Assembly (NCBI GenBank): GCA_051382295.1
Contig: JBBCAW010000066.1
Location: forward strand, 1-42,590
DNA: 42,590 bases
Source: Bdellovibrionota bacterium FG-1
GTDB taxonomy: Bacteria; Bdellovibrionota; UBA1018
Reading direction: 5' to 3'
The notes beneath the pieces were generated by a model. It did not search any database. It saw only the letters and a list, made by a program, of their open reading frames with translations, and had not been told where the DNA came from. Positions 7,980 through 17,391 of this stretch are shown piece after piece (position 1 is the first letter of the stretch; every line of letters begins with the position of its first letter). The position numbers were made by a program, and so were the translations under genes.

Positions 7980-10616
7980 ATGGAATTCAGTTTAAACGGA
8001 AAAAAACAAGGTTTTGTTGGGGATCCTGAGCTTTCATTGTTTTCCTATTTACGGAAACATGCAGGACTCATCAGCCCTAAGGATGGCTGTAGCGGCGAGG
8101 GGGTTTGTGGTGCTTGCTCAGTGCAAGTGGACGGCAAGCCGATTTTTTCGTGCGTTCCGAAAATGAAGACCATGGCGGGTAAGTCGATTGTCACTCTTGA
8201 GGGCATCGAACCCAAGCGTCGTGAAGCCTATGCGGAGGCGTTTACAAAGGCGGGTGGAATCCAATGCGGATTTTGTACACCCGGGATCGTGGCCCAAGCG
8301 GATGCGCTTTTGAATCGCAACGCGGATCCGACTCGCCAAGAAGTCGTCAATACCGTGAACCGCAATATTTGTCGCTGTACAGGCTATCATAAAGTGGTGG
8401 ATTCAGTTTTGCTCGCGGCTCAGCTCATTCGTGATGGAAAGAGTACGTCTGAGATTTCCGCGACACTCGGTCAAGTGGGTGGACGCTATCCCAAGTATGA
8501 TTCGCGCTTGGCCGTCTTGGGTGAGCGTCCGTTTGTGTGTGATTTGAAGATGCCGGGAATGCTTTATGGCGTATTGAAATTTAGTGATCACCCTCGCGCT
8601 CGGATTCTGTCGATTGATACTTCTGTGGCAGTCAACGTCCCGGGAGTGACCCGGGTTTTTACCGCAAAAGATATTCCAGGGGCGCGCAAGATCGGCTTAA
8701 TTATTCCGGACTGGCCGCTCATGGTAGGCGAAGGTGAGATCACGGGCTACATTGGCGACGTTCTTGCGTTGGTTGTGGCATCGTCAGAGGAGATCGCGCG
8801 CGAGGCTGCGAGCAAACTTGGGGTGAAGTACGAGGTCTTGACGCCCTTGACGGATCCTTTCGAAGCGATGAAACCCGAGAGTCCGAAGGTTCACGAGCAG
8901 CGCCCCGAGTATGGTAAAGGAAGGGGCAATATTCTTTCGCTTTCGGAAGTCAAACGCGGCGACGTGGAGAAGGTCATTCAGGAATCAGCGTTTGTTGCCC
9001 AAGGTCGTTATACGACCCAGAGAATTGAGCACGCCTTTCTTGAGATGGAATGCTGTGTCGCTGAACCCATTTCGAAAAATGCCGAAAATGCGGAAGGCGT
9101 TCGGGTCTATTCGCAGGGACAGGGCGCATACGAAGATCGCAAGCAAATTGCAAAAATTTTAGGCCTGGCCGAAAAAGACGTGAATGTCATTCAGGTCCAA
9201 AATGGCGGCGCGTTTGGCGGAAAAGAGGACCTGACCGTACAAGGTCACGCCGCGCTGGGCGCTTTTCTTTTGAAGCAACCCGTGCGCGTGGCACTGACGC
9301 GTGGCGAGTCGATTCGCATGCATCCGAAGCGGCATCCTTTTGTGATGGATTATGTCTTGGGTTGCGATCGAAACGGGCGTCTGACCGTACTTAAGGCTGA
9401 AATCGTCGGTGATTCAGGGGCCTATGCGTCCGTCGGAATGAAAGTGGTGGAGCGCGGAGTGGGTCATGCTTCAGGCGCGTATTTTGTGCCCAATTTTCAG
9501 GTCAGCGGCACGGCGGTTTACACGAACAATGTTCCTTGCGGCGCGATGCGCGGTTTTGGTGTGAACCAAACCGCCTTTGCGATGGAGAGCTGCATGGATG
9601 AACTTTGTGAAAAAGGGGGCTTTGATCGTTGGCAGTTTCGTTTCGATAACGTGATCAAAAAGGGAGATCGTACTTCGACTGGCCAGATCATTCGCGACGG
9701 CGCGGGTTTACAAGAAACGCTGCTCGCGGTTCGCGATGACTTTTACAAGGCCAAGTACGCGGGGCTCGCGTGTGGAATCAAAAACACCGGCATTGGCAAC
9801 GGTATGCCCGATGTCGGTGAGGTCATGATCGAGTTTTTGGCGCCAAGTGATCCACCAAATCTGGCCAAGCCGGTTCGCGTCGTCATTCACCACGGTTGGA
9901 CTGAAATGGGTCAGGGCGTACATACCATGGCCATTCAGTCGTTGTGTGAAGAGACGGGCCTGGATCCTTCGTGGATGGAGGTGCGGGTCGATACTTCGTA
10001 TGAAACGGTTTGCGGCATGACCACGTCCTCTCGGGCGACCTCGTTGGTGGGTAATTCGATCATCCAAGCCGCTAAGGCATTACGTGAGGATCTCAAGGCG
10101 CATTCGGTTCAGGAGTTGATCGGACGACGTTATCCCGGTAAATGGATTTGTGATTGGACGACAAAGCCGGGCACAGGCGCAAAGGAAGAAATCACGCATT
10201 ACTCGTATAGCTACGCAACGCAGCTTGTGGTTCTGGATGAAGGCGGAAAAATCGATACCCTCTTTGCGGCTCATGATGCCGGCAAGATTATGAACCCGAC
10301 CCTTTTTGAGGGACAGATCGAGGGTGCCATTCATATGGGGCTTGGCTACGCCTTGACTGAAAATCTACCGATGGAAGGGGGTTTTCCGCTTTCGTTGAAG
10401 CTGAAAGATTGTGGCATTCTTAAAGCGAAAGGCTTGCCCAAGATCGTGGTTCGTGGTGTTGAGGTCAAGGATTCAGTCGGCCCGTATGGGGTCAAGGGTG
10501 TGGGCGAAATCGGTTTAGTTCCAACCGCTGCGGCGGTGGCCAATGCTTTTTATCAGTTTGACAAGAAACGGCGCTATAGTCTGCCGCTCTATAATGCAGA
10601 AGGGGAATTAAAATGA
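7980..10616 (+). CDS. xdh: Selenium-dependent xanthine dehydrogenase-family molybdenum hydroxylase (2x[2Fe-2S] + Moco domains in one chain)
   Basis: GCSGEGVCGAC, QCGFCTPG, NICRCTGY, GGAFGGKED, GAMRGFG, GIKNTGIGNG, EMGQG, GQIEG, KGVGEIG. No FAD domain. Start could be 7959, 7977 or 7980. Confidence 0.88.
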   Translation: MEFSLNGKKQGFVGDPELSLFSYLRKHAGLISPKDGCSGEGVCGACSVQVDGKPIFSCVPKMKTMAGKSIVTLEGIEPKRREAYAEAFTKAGGIQCGFCTPGIVAQADALLNRNADPTRQEVVNTVNRNICRCTGYHKVVDSVLLAAQLIRDGKSTSEISATLGQVGGRYPKYDSRLAVLGERPFVCDLKMPGMLYGVLKFSDHPRARILSIDTSVAVNVPGVTRVFTAKDIPGARKIGLIIPDWPLMVGEGEITGYIGDVLALVVASSEEIAREAASKLGVKYEVLTPLTDPFEAMKPESPKVHEQRPEYGKGRGNILSLSEVKRGDVEKVIQESAFVAQGRYTTQRIEHAFLEMECCVAEPISKNAENAEGVRVYSQGQGAYEDRKQIAKILGLAEKDVNVIQVQNGGAFGGKEDLTVQGHAALGAFLLKQPVRVALTRGESIRMHPKRHPFVMDYVLGCDRNGRLTVLKAEIVGDSGAYASVGMKVVERGVGHASGAYFVPNFQVSGTAVYTNNVPCGAMRGFGVNQTAFAMESCMDELCEKGGFDRWQFRFDNVIKKGDRTSTGQIIRDGAGLQETLLAVRDDFYKAKYAGLACGIKNTGIGNGMPDVGEVMIEFLAPSDPPNLAKPVRVVIHHGWTEMGQGVHTMAIQSLCEETGLDPSWMEVRVDTSYETVCGMTTSSRATSLVGNSIIQAAKALREDLKAHSVQELIGRRYPGKWICDWTTKPGTGAKEEITHYSYSYATQLVVLDEGGKIDTLFAAHDAGKIMNPTLFEGQIEGAIHMGLGYALTENLPMEGGFPLSLKLKDCGILKAKGLPKIVVRGVEVKDSVGPYGVKGVGEIGLVPTAAAVANAFYQFDKKRRYSLPLYNAEGELK

Positions 10617-11479
10617 CGAAAGTAAAAGTCGGAGTCATTCAGTGTTCAAACGCGCTTTCAAAAGGCTCGATCGAGGAGATCAAGACCGCCATGATCGAGA
10701 AGCATCTTAAGCTCATCGCGCAAGCGGCGGAGAAGGGTGTGCAAATTTTGGGGTTGCAGGAGATTTTTAATGGGCCGTATTTCTGCGCCACTGAAGATAA
10801 AGAATGGTATGCAGCGGCTGAAGGGGTTCCGGACGGGCCTACGGTAAAGATCATTCAGCAGCAGGCCAAAAAATACAATATGGTCATCGTGGCTCCGGTT
10901 TACGAAAAAGAGCAGCGCGGGGTATATTACAACACGGCGCCGGTGATTGATGCGGATGGAAGTTATCTCGGAAAGTACCGAAAAATTCACATTCCTCAAG
11001 GTTCGAGCTTTTGCGAAAAGTACTATTTTAAGCCCGGAAATTTAGGGTTTCCGGTTTTCAAAACCAAGTACGCGACGATTGGCGCCTATATTTGTTACGA
11101 TCGCCATTTTCCAGAGGGTGCCCGCGCGCTGGCACTGCGGGGGGCGGAGATTATTTTCAATCCTTCGGCCACGATCAAGTCCACCAGCCAATACATGTGG
11201 AAAATTGAACAGCCGGGGCTGGCCTGCGCCAACGGCGTCTACGTTGCGACAATTAACCGTCATGGTTGGGAAGAGCCTTGGCGGCACGGTGAATTTTACG
11301 GAACGAGCTATATCGTTGACCCCAAAGGCCGCATCATTGCGGAAGGCTCTGAAGATCGGGATGAAGTCGTGGTCGCGGAATGTGACCTGGATCTGATCGA
11401 TGAGGTTCGGCACAACTATCAATTTTTCAGAGATCGTCGGCCAGATGCCTACGGTGATCTCGTTGATCCCAAATTTTGA
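10613..11479 (+). CDS. Nitrilase-superfamily N-carbamoyl amidohydrolase (beta-ureidopropionase-like)
   Basis: Catalytic triad motifs QEIFNGPYFC (Glu), YRKIHIP (Lys), ICYDRHFPE (Cys); C-terminal FFRDRRPDAY. ATGA overlap with xdh. Confidence 0.88.
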   Translation: MTKVKVGVIQCSNALSKGSIEEIKTAMIEKHLKLIAQAAEKGVQILGLQEIFNGPYFCATEDKEWYAAAEGVPDGPTVKIIQQQAKKYNMVIVAPVYEKEQRGVYYNTAPVIDADGSYLGKYRKIHIPQGSSFCEKYYFKPGNLGFPVFKTKYATIGAYICYDRHFPEGARALALRGAEIIFNPSATIKSTSQYMWKIEQPGLACANGVYVATINRHGWEEPWRHGEFYGTSYIVDPKGRIIAEGSEDRDEVVVAECDLDLIDEVRHNYQFFRDRRPDAYGDLVDPKF

Positions 11480-11489
11480 TGGGCGCTCA

Positions 11490-12860
11490 ATGACTTCAGC
11501 AACGGAAATTCTGCTGATCAAAAATGCGACGGTCATCACGTGGGGTGGCCCCCAGTCGACGGGGCCGCGTTTTCGTGTGTTGAAAAATCATTCGATCATC
11601 GTTATGGGGGGAAAGATCAAGTCGATTCGACCCTCGGAAGCCCAGGCCGATGGTATGGATGCCCAGCAGGCCGCTACGGTGATCGATGGGACGGCAAAAG
11701 TGGTTCTTCCGGGGTTAATCAACGCGCACATGCATTTTTACAGCACCTTTGCGCGGGGACTCACAAAGGCGGCGCCCTCCAAGAACTTTTTAGAGGTTTT
11801 GAACCATCTGTGGTGGCGGCTGGATCGAAAACTCACGATCGAGGATGGTTATTTCAGCGCGCTCGTGGCGAGCATGGATGCGATCAAACACGGGACGACT
11901 CTCTTGGTGGATCACCATGCGAGTCCTTTTGCAGTTCGGGGATCGCTCTCGGCCATAGCCAGGGCAGTGCGAGAGGCTGGGGTAAGGGCATCGCTTTGTT
12001 ACGAGGTGTCTGACCGTGATGGGGATGAGGTGGCGCAACAGGGGATCGACGAGAATCTTGAGTTTATCGAGTCCACGCGCCAAACCGGGGATGGATATCT
12101 TCGAGCCCTTTTTGGACTTCATGCCTCATTTACGTTGTCTGACAAGACTTTAAAAAAAGTGGCCTACGCAACAAAGGACGTGAAACCAGGATTTCACATT
12201 CACGTGGCCGAAGATCTTTCGGATCAGGTCGATGCGCAGGCAAAGTTCGGTTTGATGGTGGTTGAACGATTAGATAACTTTGGTTTTCTTGGACCGGATA
12301 CGATCTGCGCACATGGCGTGCATCTGGATGATGCGGAAGTGGAGCTTCTGCGGAAGACGCGTACCATTGTCGTGCACAATCCTCAATCCAACATGAACAA
12401 CGCGGTCGGCGCGGCAGATCTTTTAAAGCTAACGAAGAATGGCGTTTTGGTGGGGCTCGGAACTGATGCCATGACCACGAACATGCTTGAAGAACTTCGT
12501 GCGGCGATTTGGCTCCAAAGGCATCATCATGGAAATCCAAGCGCGGGATTTGTGGAAGCCGTCGAGGCCCTGATTTTCGGGAATAGCCAGATTGCCACTC
12601 GTTACTGGGGCGTGGAAGCGGGAGGTCTTTTTACGGGGTCTCACGCGGATCTCGCGCTGTTGGATTATGATCCCCCGACCGAGTTAAACGAGGAGAGTTT
12701 TTACGGTCATCTCGTTTTTGGAATATCTCAAGCGTCGGTGGATACGACGATTTGTGACGGGCGAGTGCTCATGCAAGGTAAAAAGCTCCTGCATCTCGAC
12801 GAACAACAGATCATGAAAGAGGCGCGTGCGCTCTCTAAAAAACTTTGGGAAAGATTTTAG
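11490..12860 (+). CDS. ssnA: SsnA amidohydrolase
   Basis: PGLINAHMHFYSTFARG, LWWRLD, DHHASP, LCYEVSDRDG, GLHASFTLSD, HIHVAE, HNPQSNMNNAVG, GLGTD. ATG at 11490 just after the nitrilase stop. Confidence 0.9.
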   Translation: MTSATEILLIKNATVITWGGPQSTGPRFRVLKNHSIIVMGGKIKSIRPSEAQADGMDAQQAATVIDGTAKVVLPGLINAHMHFYSTFARGLTKAAPSKNFLEVLNHLWWRLDRKLTIEDGYFSALVASMDAIKHGTTLLVDHHASPFAVRGSLSAIARAVREAGVRASLCYEVSDRDGDEVAQQGIDENLEFIESTRQTGDGYLRALFGLHASFTLSDKTLKKVAYATKDVKPGFHIHVAEDLSDQVDAQAKFGLMVVERLDNFGFLGPDTICAHGVHLDDAEVELLRKTRTIVVHNPQSNMNNAVGAADLLKLTKNGVLVGLGTDAMTTNMLEELRAAIWLQRHHHGNPSAGFVEAVEALIFGNSQIATRYWGVEAGGLFTGSHADLALLDYDPPTELNEESFYGHLVFGISQASVDTTICDGRVLMQGKKLLHLDEQQIMKEARALSKKLWERF

Positions 12861-12959
12861 GTCTGGACTTAGTGCCCAATGACCCGCGACCAATGGGGAG
12901 ATGGGTTAAGAACTTTGTTTTCTAAGTAGTTGATTTTAAATGACAATAATAGCTATGAG

Positions 12960-12990
12960 CATTTAGGTGTAATTATGTAATACTTAAATG
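12960..12990. promoter_or_regulatory. Imperfect inverted repeat upstream of TA operon (candidate autoregulatory operator)
   Basis: CATTTAGGTGT-N9-ATACTTAAATG (9/11 complementary) immediately before the GGAGG RBS of the RHH-MntA gene. Confidence 0.4.
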
Positions 12991-13001
12991 GCCGGAGGAC
13001 A

Positions 13002-13481
13002 TTGTTTGTGAAAATCGGCTCACGAGGAAGACCTTTGATTGGAATTCGGCGGAAAGCGCGCATCTGTCTGAGCGTCGACCCCCTAGTGATTTCGGAATTG
13101 AAGGCCCGCGCTGTCGCAGAGAAAGCGAGTGTGAGTGAGCTAGCCTATCGCCTAATCAAGCAGGGGCTTCAGCCCCGGCAAAAAATTCAAATTTCTATCC
13201 CTTCAAAATCAGTCGCTGAGTTTTGTCAGAGCCATGGGATCAAAACACTCGGCGTTTTTGGATCCGCTTTGACGGAACGTTTCAATCAAGAGAGTGACGT
13301 CGATCTTTTGGTTGAGTTTAAAGAGGGCAAAGTGCCGGGGTTTTTCCAGATTGTGCAGATGGAGGAGGAGCTAGCGACAATTTTTGGTGGAAGAAAGATC
13401 GATCTGAGAACTTTTTTTGACTTGAGCCAATATTTCCGTGAGCGAGTCAAGAGCGAGGCTGAAGCGATTTATGCCGCGTGA
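13002..13481 (+). CDS. mntA: MntA-type minimal nucleotidyltransferase antitoxin with N-terminal RHH-like domain
   Basis: FGS-x10-DVD motif (FGSALTERFNQESDVDLL), LATIFGGRKIDL. N-terminal RGRP...ICLSVDPLVISELKARA...SVSELAYRLI has an RHH/CopG pattern. GGAGG RBS. Confidence 0.85.
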   Translation: MFVKIGSRGRPLIGIRRKARICLSVDPLVISELKARAVAEKASVSELAYRLIKQGLQPRQKIQISIPSKSVAEFCQSHGIKTLGVFGSALTERFNQESDVDLLVEFKEGKVPGFFQIVQMEEELATIFGGRKIDLRTFFDLSQYFRERVKSEAEAIYAA

Positions 13482-13521
13482 CCAATGAGCTAAGAAAGCG
13501 GGGAATGAGGATACTGTCAGG

Positions 13522-13881
13522 TTGTGCCATATTTTGGATGCTATTGAAGAGTCGCTCTCGTTTGTGCGCGGAAAAAGTCGCCGTTCGTTGGACGAGAATC
13601 GAATGTTGTCCTTGGCCCTCATTCGCGAAATCGAAGTCATTGGCGAGGCGGCGTCCAGGGTTTCTGATGAAATTAAAAATTCCCATTCAGAAATCCCTTG
13701 GGGTGCGATCATCGGAACAAGAAATCGTCTGATTCACGGATATTTTGATGTCGATTTGGATATCGTTTGGGCAACGGTCAAGACGGATTTGCCCGCTTTA
13801 GGTAAGCAATTGAAGCCTTTGCTTAAAAGAAAGAAATTTCAAATTCCATTAAGGTATGGGAACTCCGGAAAAATCCGCTGA
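13522..13881 (+). CDS. hepT: HepT/DUF86 HEPN ribonuclease toxin
   Basis: IEVIGEAA, EIPW, RNRLIHGY (RxxxxH HEPN motif + Tyr), VDLDIVW. Start uncertain because the in-frame ATG at 13471 is followed by TGA at 13486. Confidence 0.82.
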   Translation: MCHILDAIEESLSFVRGKSRRSLDENRMLSLALIREIEVIGEAASRVSDEIKNSHSEIPWGAIIGTRNRLIHGYFDVDLDIVWATVKTDLPALGKQLKPLLKRKKFQIPLRYGNSGKIR

Positions 13882-14594
13882 ATTTCCTCCATGGATAACA
13901 CGCGATATGCCCCCGGCTGTAGGTCCCCTAATTCCAGAGGGCCATAGGCGACCCTTTTGAGGCGGGTGACTTCGTGTCCGATGGAGGCAAACATCCTGCG
14001 GATTTCCCTGTTCTTTCCTTCTCGCAATTCAACTGTGAGGTGAGATTCTTTTCCGCTGGCTTTACGAAGCAAAATACGCTCCGCGCAAAGAGACTCGCCG
14101 CGGTCCTCTAGGCCGGCGCACAGATGGGTTATTTCGTCAGGGGCGACTGTTCCGCGGACGGTCACTAAATAGGTTCGGAGGATCCCCGTTTTGGGGTCCG
14201 TCAGCCAGGCTGCGAGCTGGGTCTGGTTGGTTAAGATGAGGAGGCCACTGGTCGCCCAGTCGAGACGCCCCACAGCAATGAGATGAAGCTTTTCCTTTGC
14301 AAACAGATCAAAAACGGTAGGGCGATTTTTCTCGTCACGATGGGTTGTCATCACCCCTCGAGGCTTATTCAACACAAACGCCTTAAAGTCCGCTGATTTT
14401 GCGATTTCACCGCCCAACTCAATGCGGGCCTTTTCAGGAAAAACCGCAAAAGTCGGATCTCTTCGGAGAACGCCGTTCACTCGCACTTCACCGGCAAGAA
14501 TGAGACGCCGGGCCTGTGTCCTAGAGGCGAGGCCGAGTTTGGACAAGGCCCGTTCGAGTGGCACATAACCCGGTTTATTTTTGCTTCTCAACAC
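13839..14594 (-). CDS. rRNA pseudouridine synthase, RsuA/RluB/E/F family (S4 + catalytic domain)
   Basis: LSKLGLASR (S4), LNKPRG, VGRLDWATSGLL (catalytic Asp), EGKNREIRRM, LKRVAYG. Confidence 0.92.
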   Translation of the reverse strand: MLRSKNKPGYVPLERALSKLGLASRTQARRLILAGEVRVNGVLRRDPTFAVFPEKARIELGGEIAKSADFKAFVLNKPRGVMTTHRDEKNRPTVFDLFAKEKLHLIAVGRLDWATSGLLILTNQTQLAAWLTDPKTGILRTYLVTVRGTVAPDEITHLCAGLEDRGESLCAERILLRKASGKESHLTVELREGKNREIRRMFASIGHEVTRLKRVAYGPLELGDLQPGAYRVLSMEEIQRIFPEFPYLNGI

Positions 14595-14674
14595 CGTCTT
14601 TTCTTTTCTCCTGCTGGCCTCTTTACTGAACTGTGATTTTAGGCCATTGTGGCCAAAAAAGGGAGCTTTAATTT

Positions 14675-15706
14675 ATGAAAGCGCTTGTCAAGAAATACGC
14701 TGAAAAGGGCCTCTGGTTAGAAAATGTTCCTGAGCCCCAAATGGGGGATCAGGATGTTTTGATCAAGATCCACAAGACCGCGATTTGTGGCACCGATGTT
14801 CATATTTACAAGTGGGATGAATGGGCTCAAAAGACCATTCCGGTTCCGATGCATGTGGGTCATGAGTTTTATGGCGAAATTGCCCGGTTGGGCAAATCCG
14901 TTAGCGGCTTGAGTATGGGTGAGCGTGTTTCAGGTGAAGGCCATATCGTTTGTGGTCATTGTCGCAATTGCCGGGCGGGGCATCGTCATCTTTGCAACAA
15001 TACCATGGGGGTTGGCGTCAATCGTCCGGGCTGTTTTGCCGAGTATTTGGCGATTCCCGCCAGTAATGTCTTTCCACTCCCCGAAGGCATTAGCGATGAT
15101 GCCGCGTCCATTTTGGATCCGTTGGGCAACGCGGTCCATACCGCACTTTCCTTTGATTTGGTCGGCGAAGATGTTTTGATTACTGGCGCGGGTCCGATTG
15201 GAATCATGGCGGGCGCGGTCGCGGTTCATGCCGGCGCGAGACATGTGGTCATCACCGACGTCAATGAGTACCGGCTTGAGCTGGCTAAAAAGATGGGAAT
15301 TAAAAACGCGATTCACGCGGGGCGAACCACTCTGCCAGATGTCATGAAGAACCTCGGAATGACTGAGGGCTTTGATGTGGGCTTGGAGATGTCGGGGAAT
15401 TCTTCGGCGTTTAGCGATATGATTGGCGCGATGAACCATGGCGGCAAGGTGGCGCTTCTGGGAATTTTGCCAGCAAATACTCAGATCTCTTGGGATCAGG
15501 TGATTTTTAAGGGCCTTTTTATCAAAGGTATTTACGGTCGTGAGATGTTTGAGACCTGGTACAAGATGTGCGCGATGATTCAAAGTGGTTTAAATATTAA
15601 GCCAATTTTTACGCATTATTATCCAGTGGCGCAGTTCAAAGAAGGTTTTGAGGCGATGCTTTCAGGTCAGTCTGGCAAAGTGATTCTTGATTGGAGAAAT
15701 ATTTAA
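14675..15706 (+). CDS. tdh: L-threonine 3-dehydrogenase
   Basis: [54 protein letters not shown]. Confidence 0.97.
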   Translation: MKALVKKYAEKGLWLENVPEPQMGDQDVLIKIHKTAICGTDVHIYKWDEWAQKTIPVPMHVGHEFYGEIARLGKSVSGLSMGERVSGEGHIVCGHCRNCRAGHRHLCNNTMGVGVNRPGCFAEYLAIPASNVFPLPEGISDDAASILDPLGNAVHTALSFDLVGEDVLITGAGPIGIMAGAVAVHAGARHVVITDVNEYRLELAKKMGIKNAIHAGRTTLPDVMKNLGMTEGFDVGLEMSGNSSAFSDMIGAMNHGGKVALLGILPANTQISWDQVIFKGLFIKGIYGREMFETWYKMCAMIQSGLNIKPIFTHYYPVAQFKEGFEAMLSGQSGKVILDWRNI

Positions 15707-16947
15707 TGTCTTACTCAACAAGTCGTGCAGTTTACGCCGAAATTTTAACAGGAATTCGAAAGGACGGTCTTTTTAAGGATGAACGGCTGATTTGCTCGCC
15801 GCAGGCCGGCCTGGTCAATGTGCGCTTAGCCGGGGATTCTCCAGAAAAAAAACAGCTCAATTTGTGTTCCAATAATTATCTGGGTCTTTCGAGTCATCCG
15901 GAGGTTTTGCAGGCGGCCCACGATGGGTTGGACAAGCGCGGTTACGGGATGTCCTCGGTTCGTTTTATTTGCGGCACGCAGGATATTCATCGCGAACTGG
16001 AACACAAGATGAGCCGGTTTTTAGGCATGGAGGATACCTGTCTTTTTGCCTCCTGTTTTGACGCAAATGGCGCCCTTTTTGAGGCGATTCTTTCAGCGGA
16101 AGATGGAATTTTTTCGGATCGCCTGGTGCATGCCTCGCTCATTGATGGGATGAGGCTTTGTAAGGCGCAGCGTTTTATCTTCGAACATCAAGATATGAAA
16201 GAGCTCGAAGAAAAACTGCGCTCCGCTCAGTGCCGCATCAAGTTGATTATTACGGATGGTGTTTTTTCGATGGATGGCGATATGGCCAAGCTGGATCAGA
16301 TTTGTGATCTGGCCGACAAGTATGGCGCTTTAGTCGCCGTCGATGACTCTCATGCCACGGGCTTCATGGGTAAAACGGGTCGAGGTACTCATGAACACTT
16401 TGGCGTGATGAGCCGCGTGGATATTATCACTACGACGTTTGGCAAGGCCCTCGGTGGGGCTACGGGTGGATGTATTTCGGCGCGAAAAGAAATTGTTGAA
16501 CTCATTAAACAGCGGGGCCGTCCATATCTTTTTAGCAATGCGCTTATGCCAGCCGTGGTTTACGCTGGTCTTAAAATCCTTGATCTTTTATCGGAATCCA
16601 CGGCGCGACGGGACAAGCTAGCGGATCTGACGGAGTTTTGGAGAAAAGGGCTCACCAGTGCCGGTTTTGATCTCAAGCCAGGCAACACCCCCATCGTTCC
16701 CATCATGCTTTACAATGCAAAACTCGCTCAGGAAATCAGCCGAGATTTGTACGAAGAGGGTATCTTTGCCGTAGGGTTCTTTTATCCAGTTGTTCCTAAG
16801 GGCGAAGCTCGCATTCGGACTCAGATTTCTGCCGGCCTTGAAAAAGAACAACTTCAAAAAGCTCTCGAATCTTTTGTGAAGGTTGGAAAGAAACACGGAA
16901 TATTGGGATTAAGAAAAGAAGAAATTATTGCCCGCTTCGGGACTTAA
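15706..16947 (+). CDS. kbl: Glycine C-acetyltransferase (2-amino-3-ketobutyrate CoA ligase)
   Basis: [56 protein letters not shown] coupling with tdh. Confidence 0.95.
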   Translation: MSYSTSRAVYAEILTGIRKDGLFKDERLICSPQAGLVNVRLAGDSPEKKQLNLCSNNYLGLSSHPEVLQAAHDGLDKRGYGMSSVRFICGTQDIHRELEHKMSRFLGMEDTCLFASCFDANGALFEAILSAEDGIFSDRLVHASLIDGMRLCKAQRFIFEHQDMKELEEKLRSAQCRIKLIITDGVFSMDGDMAKLDQICDLADKYGALVAVDDSHATGFMGKTGRGTHEHFGVMSRVDIITTTFGKALGGATGGCISARKEIVELIKQRGRPYLFSNALMPAVVYAGLKILDLLSESTARRDKLADLTEFWRKGLTSAGFDLKPGNTPIVPIMLYNAKLAQEISRDLYEEGIFAVGFFYPVVPKGEARIRTQISAGLEKEQLQKALESFVKVGKKHGILGLRKEEIIARFGT

Positions 16948-16961
16948 ATCAGGGGATTTTA

Positions 16962-17363
16962 TTGAATATGTCAGCACCCTTAGAGATCATGACGCGTGAG
17001 CCAGAAATCCTCCTTTCAACTGTTGAACCCGAGGAGGCGCTCAAGTTTTTTATGGAAAAGAGAGTGACCTCCGTTCCGGTGCTAAGTCCGAGTGGGGGTG
17101 TGGTTGGGATGCTGACTGATATGATCATGGTCAAAATTATCATTCAGCATCGGCAAACGAAGAAAGTGGAAAAAATCGGTAATTATGCCGCGCAGTTTTT
17201 GCCGGCGGTGTTTGTCGCGAAAGATGCCACGATGCCCGAGATTGTTAAAGGGATGGTCCAAAGCGCCACTCAACGGGTATTGGTCCACGATGCGACGGGT
17301 AAGATGGTAGGTTTGATTAGTCCGAAAGATTTGCTAAAAATTTTGGCGGGCAATACCAGCTAA
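16962..17363 (+). CDS. CBS-domain pair protein
   Basis: IMTREP, SVPVL..VVGMLT and RVLV..MVGLISPKDLL CBS patterns. Confidence 0.8.
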   Translation: MNMSAPLEIMTREPEILLSTVEPEEALKFFMEKRVTSVPVLSPSGGVVGMLTDMIMVKIIIQHRQTKKVEKIGNYAAQFLPAVFVAKDATMPEIVKGMVQSATQRVLVHDATGKMVGLISPKDLLKILAGNTS

Positions 17364-17391
17364 GGAGTAATGCCCGCACTTGAACTGATGA

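Noticed and set aside
13486..13488. TGA as selenocysteine, given the neighbouring Se-linked operon
   Set aside because: The position is not a catalytic Cys site in HEPN proteins, no convincing SECIS hairpin follows, and Se-dependent Xdh uses a labile Se cofactor rather than Sec.
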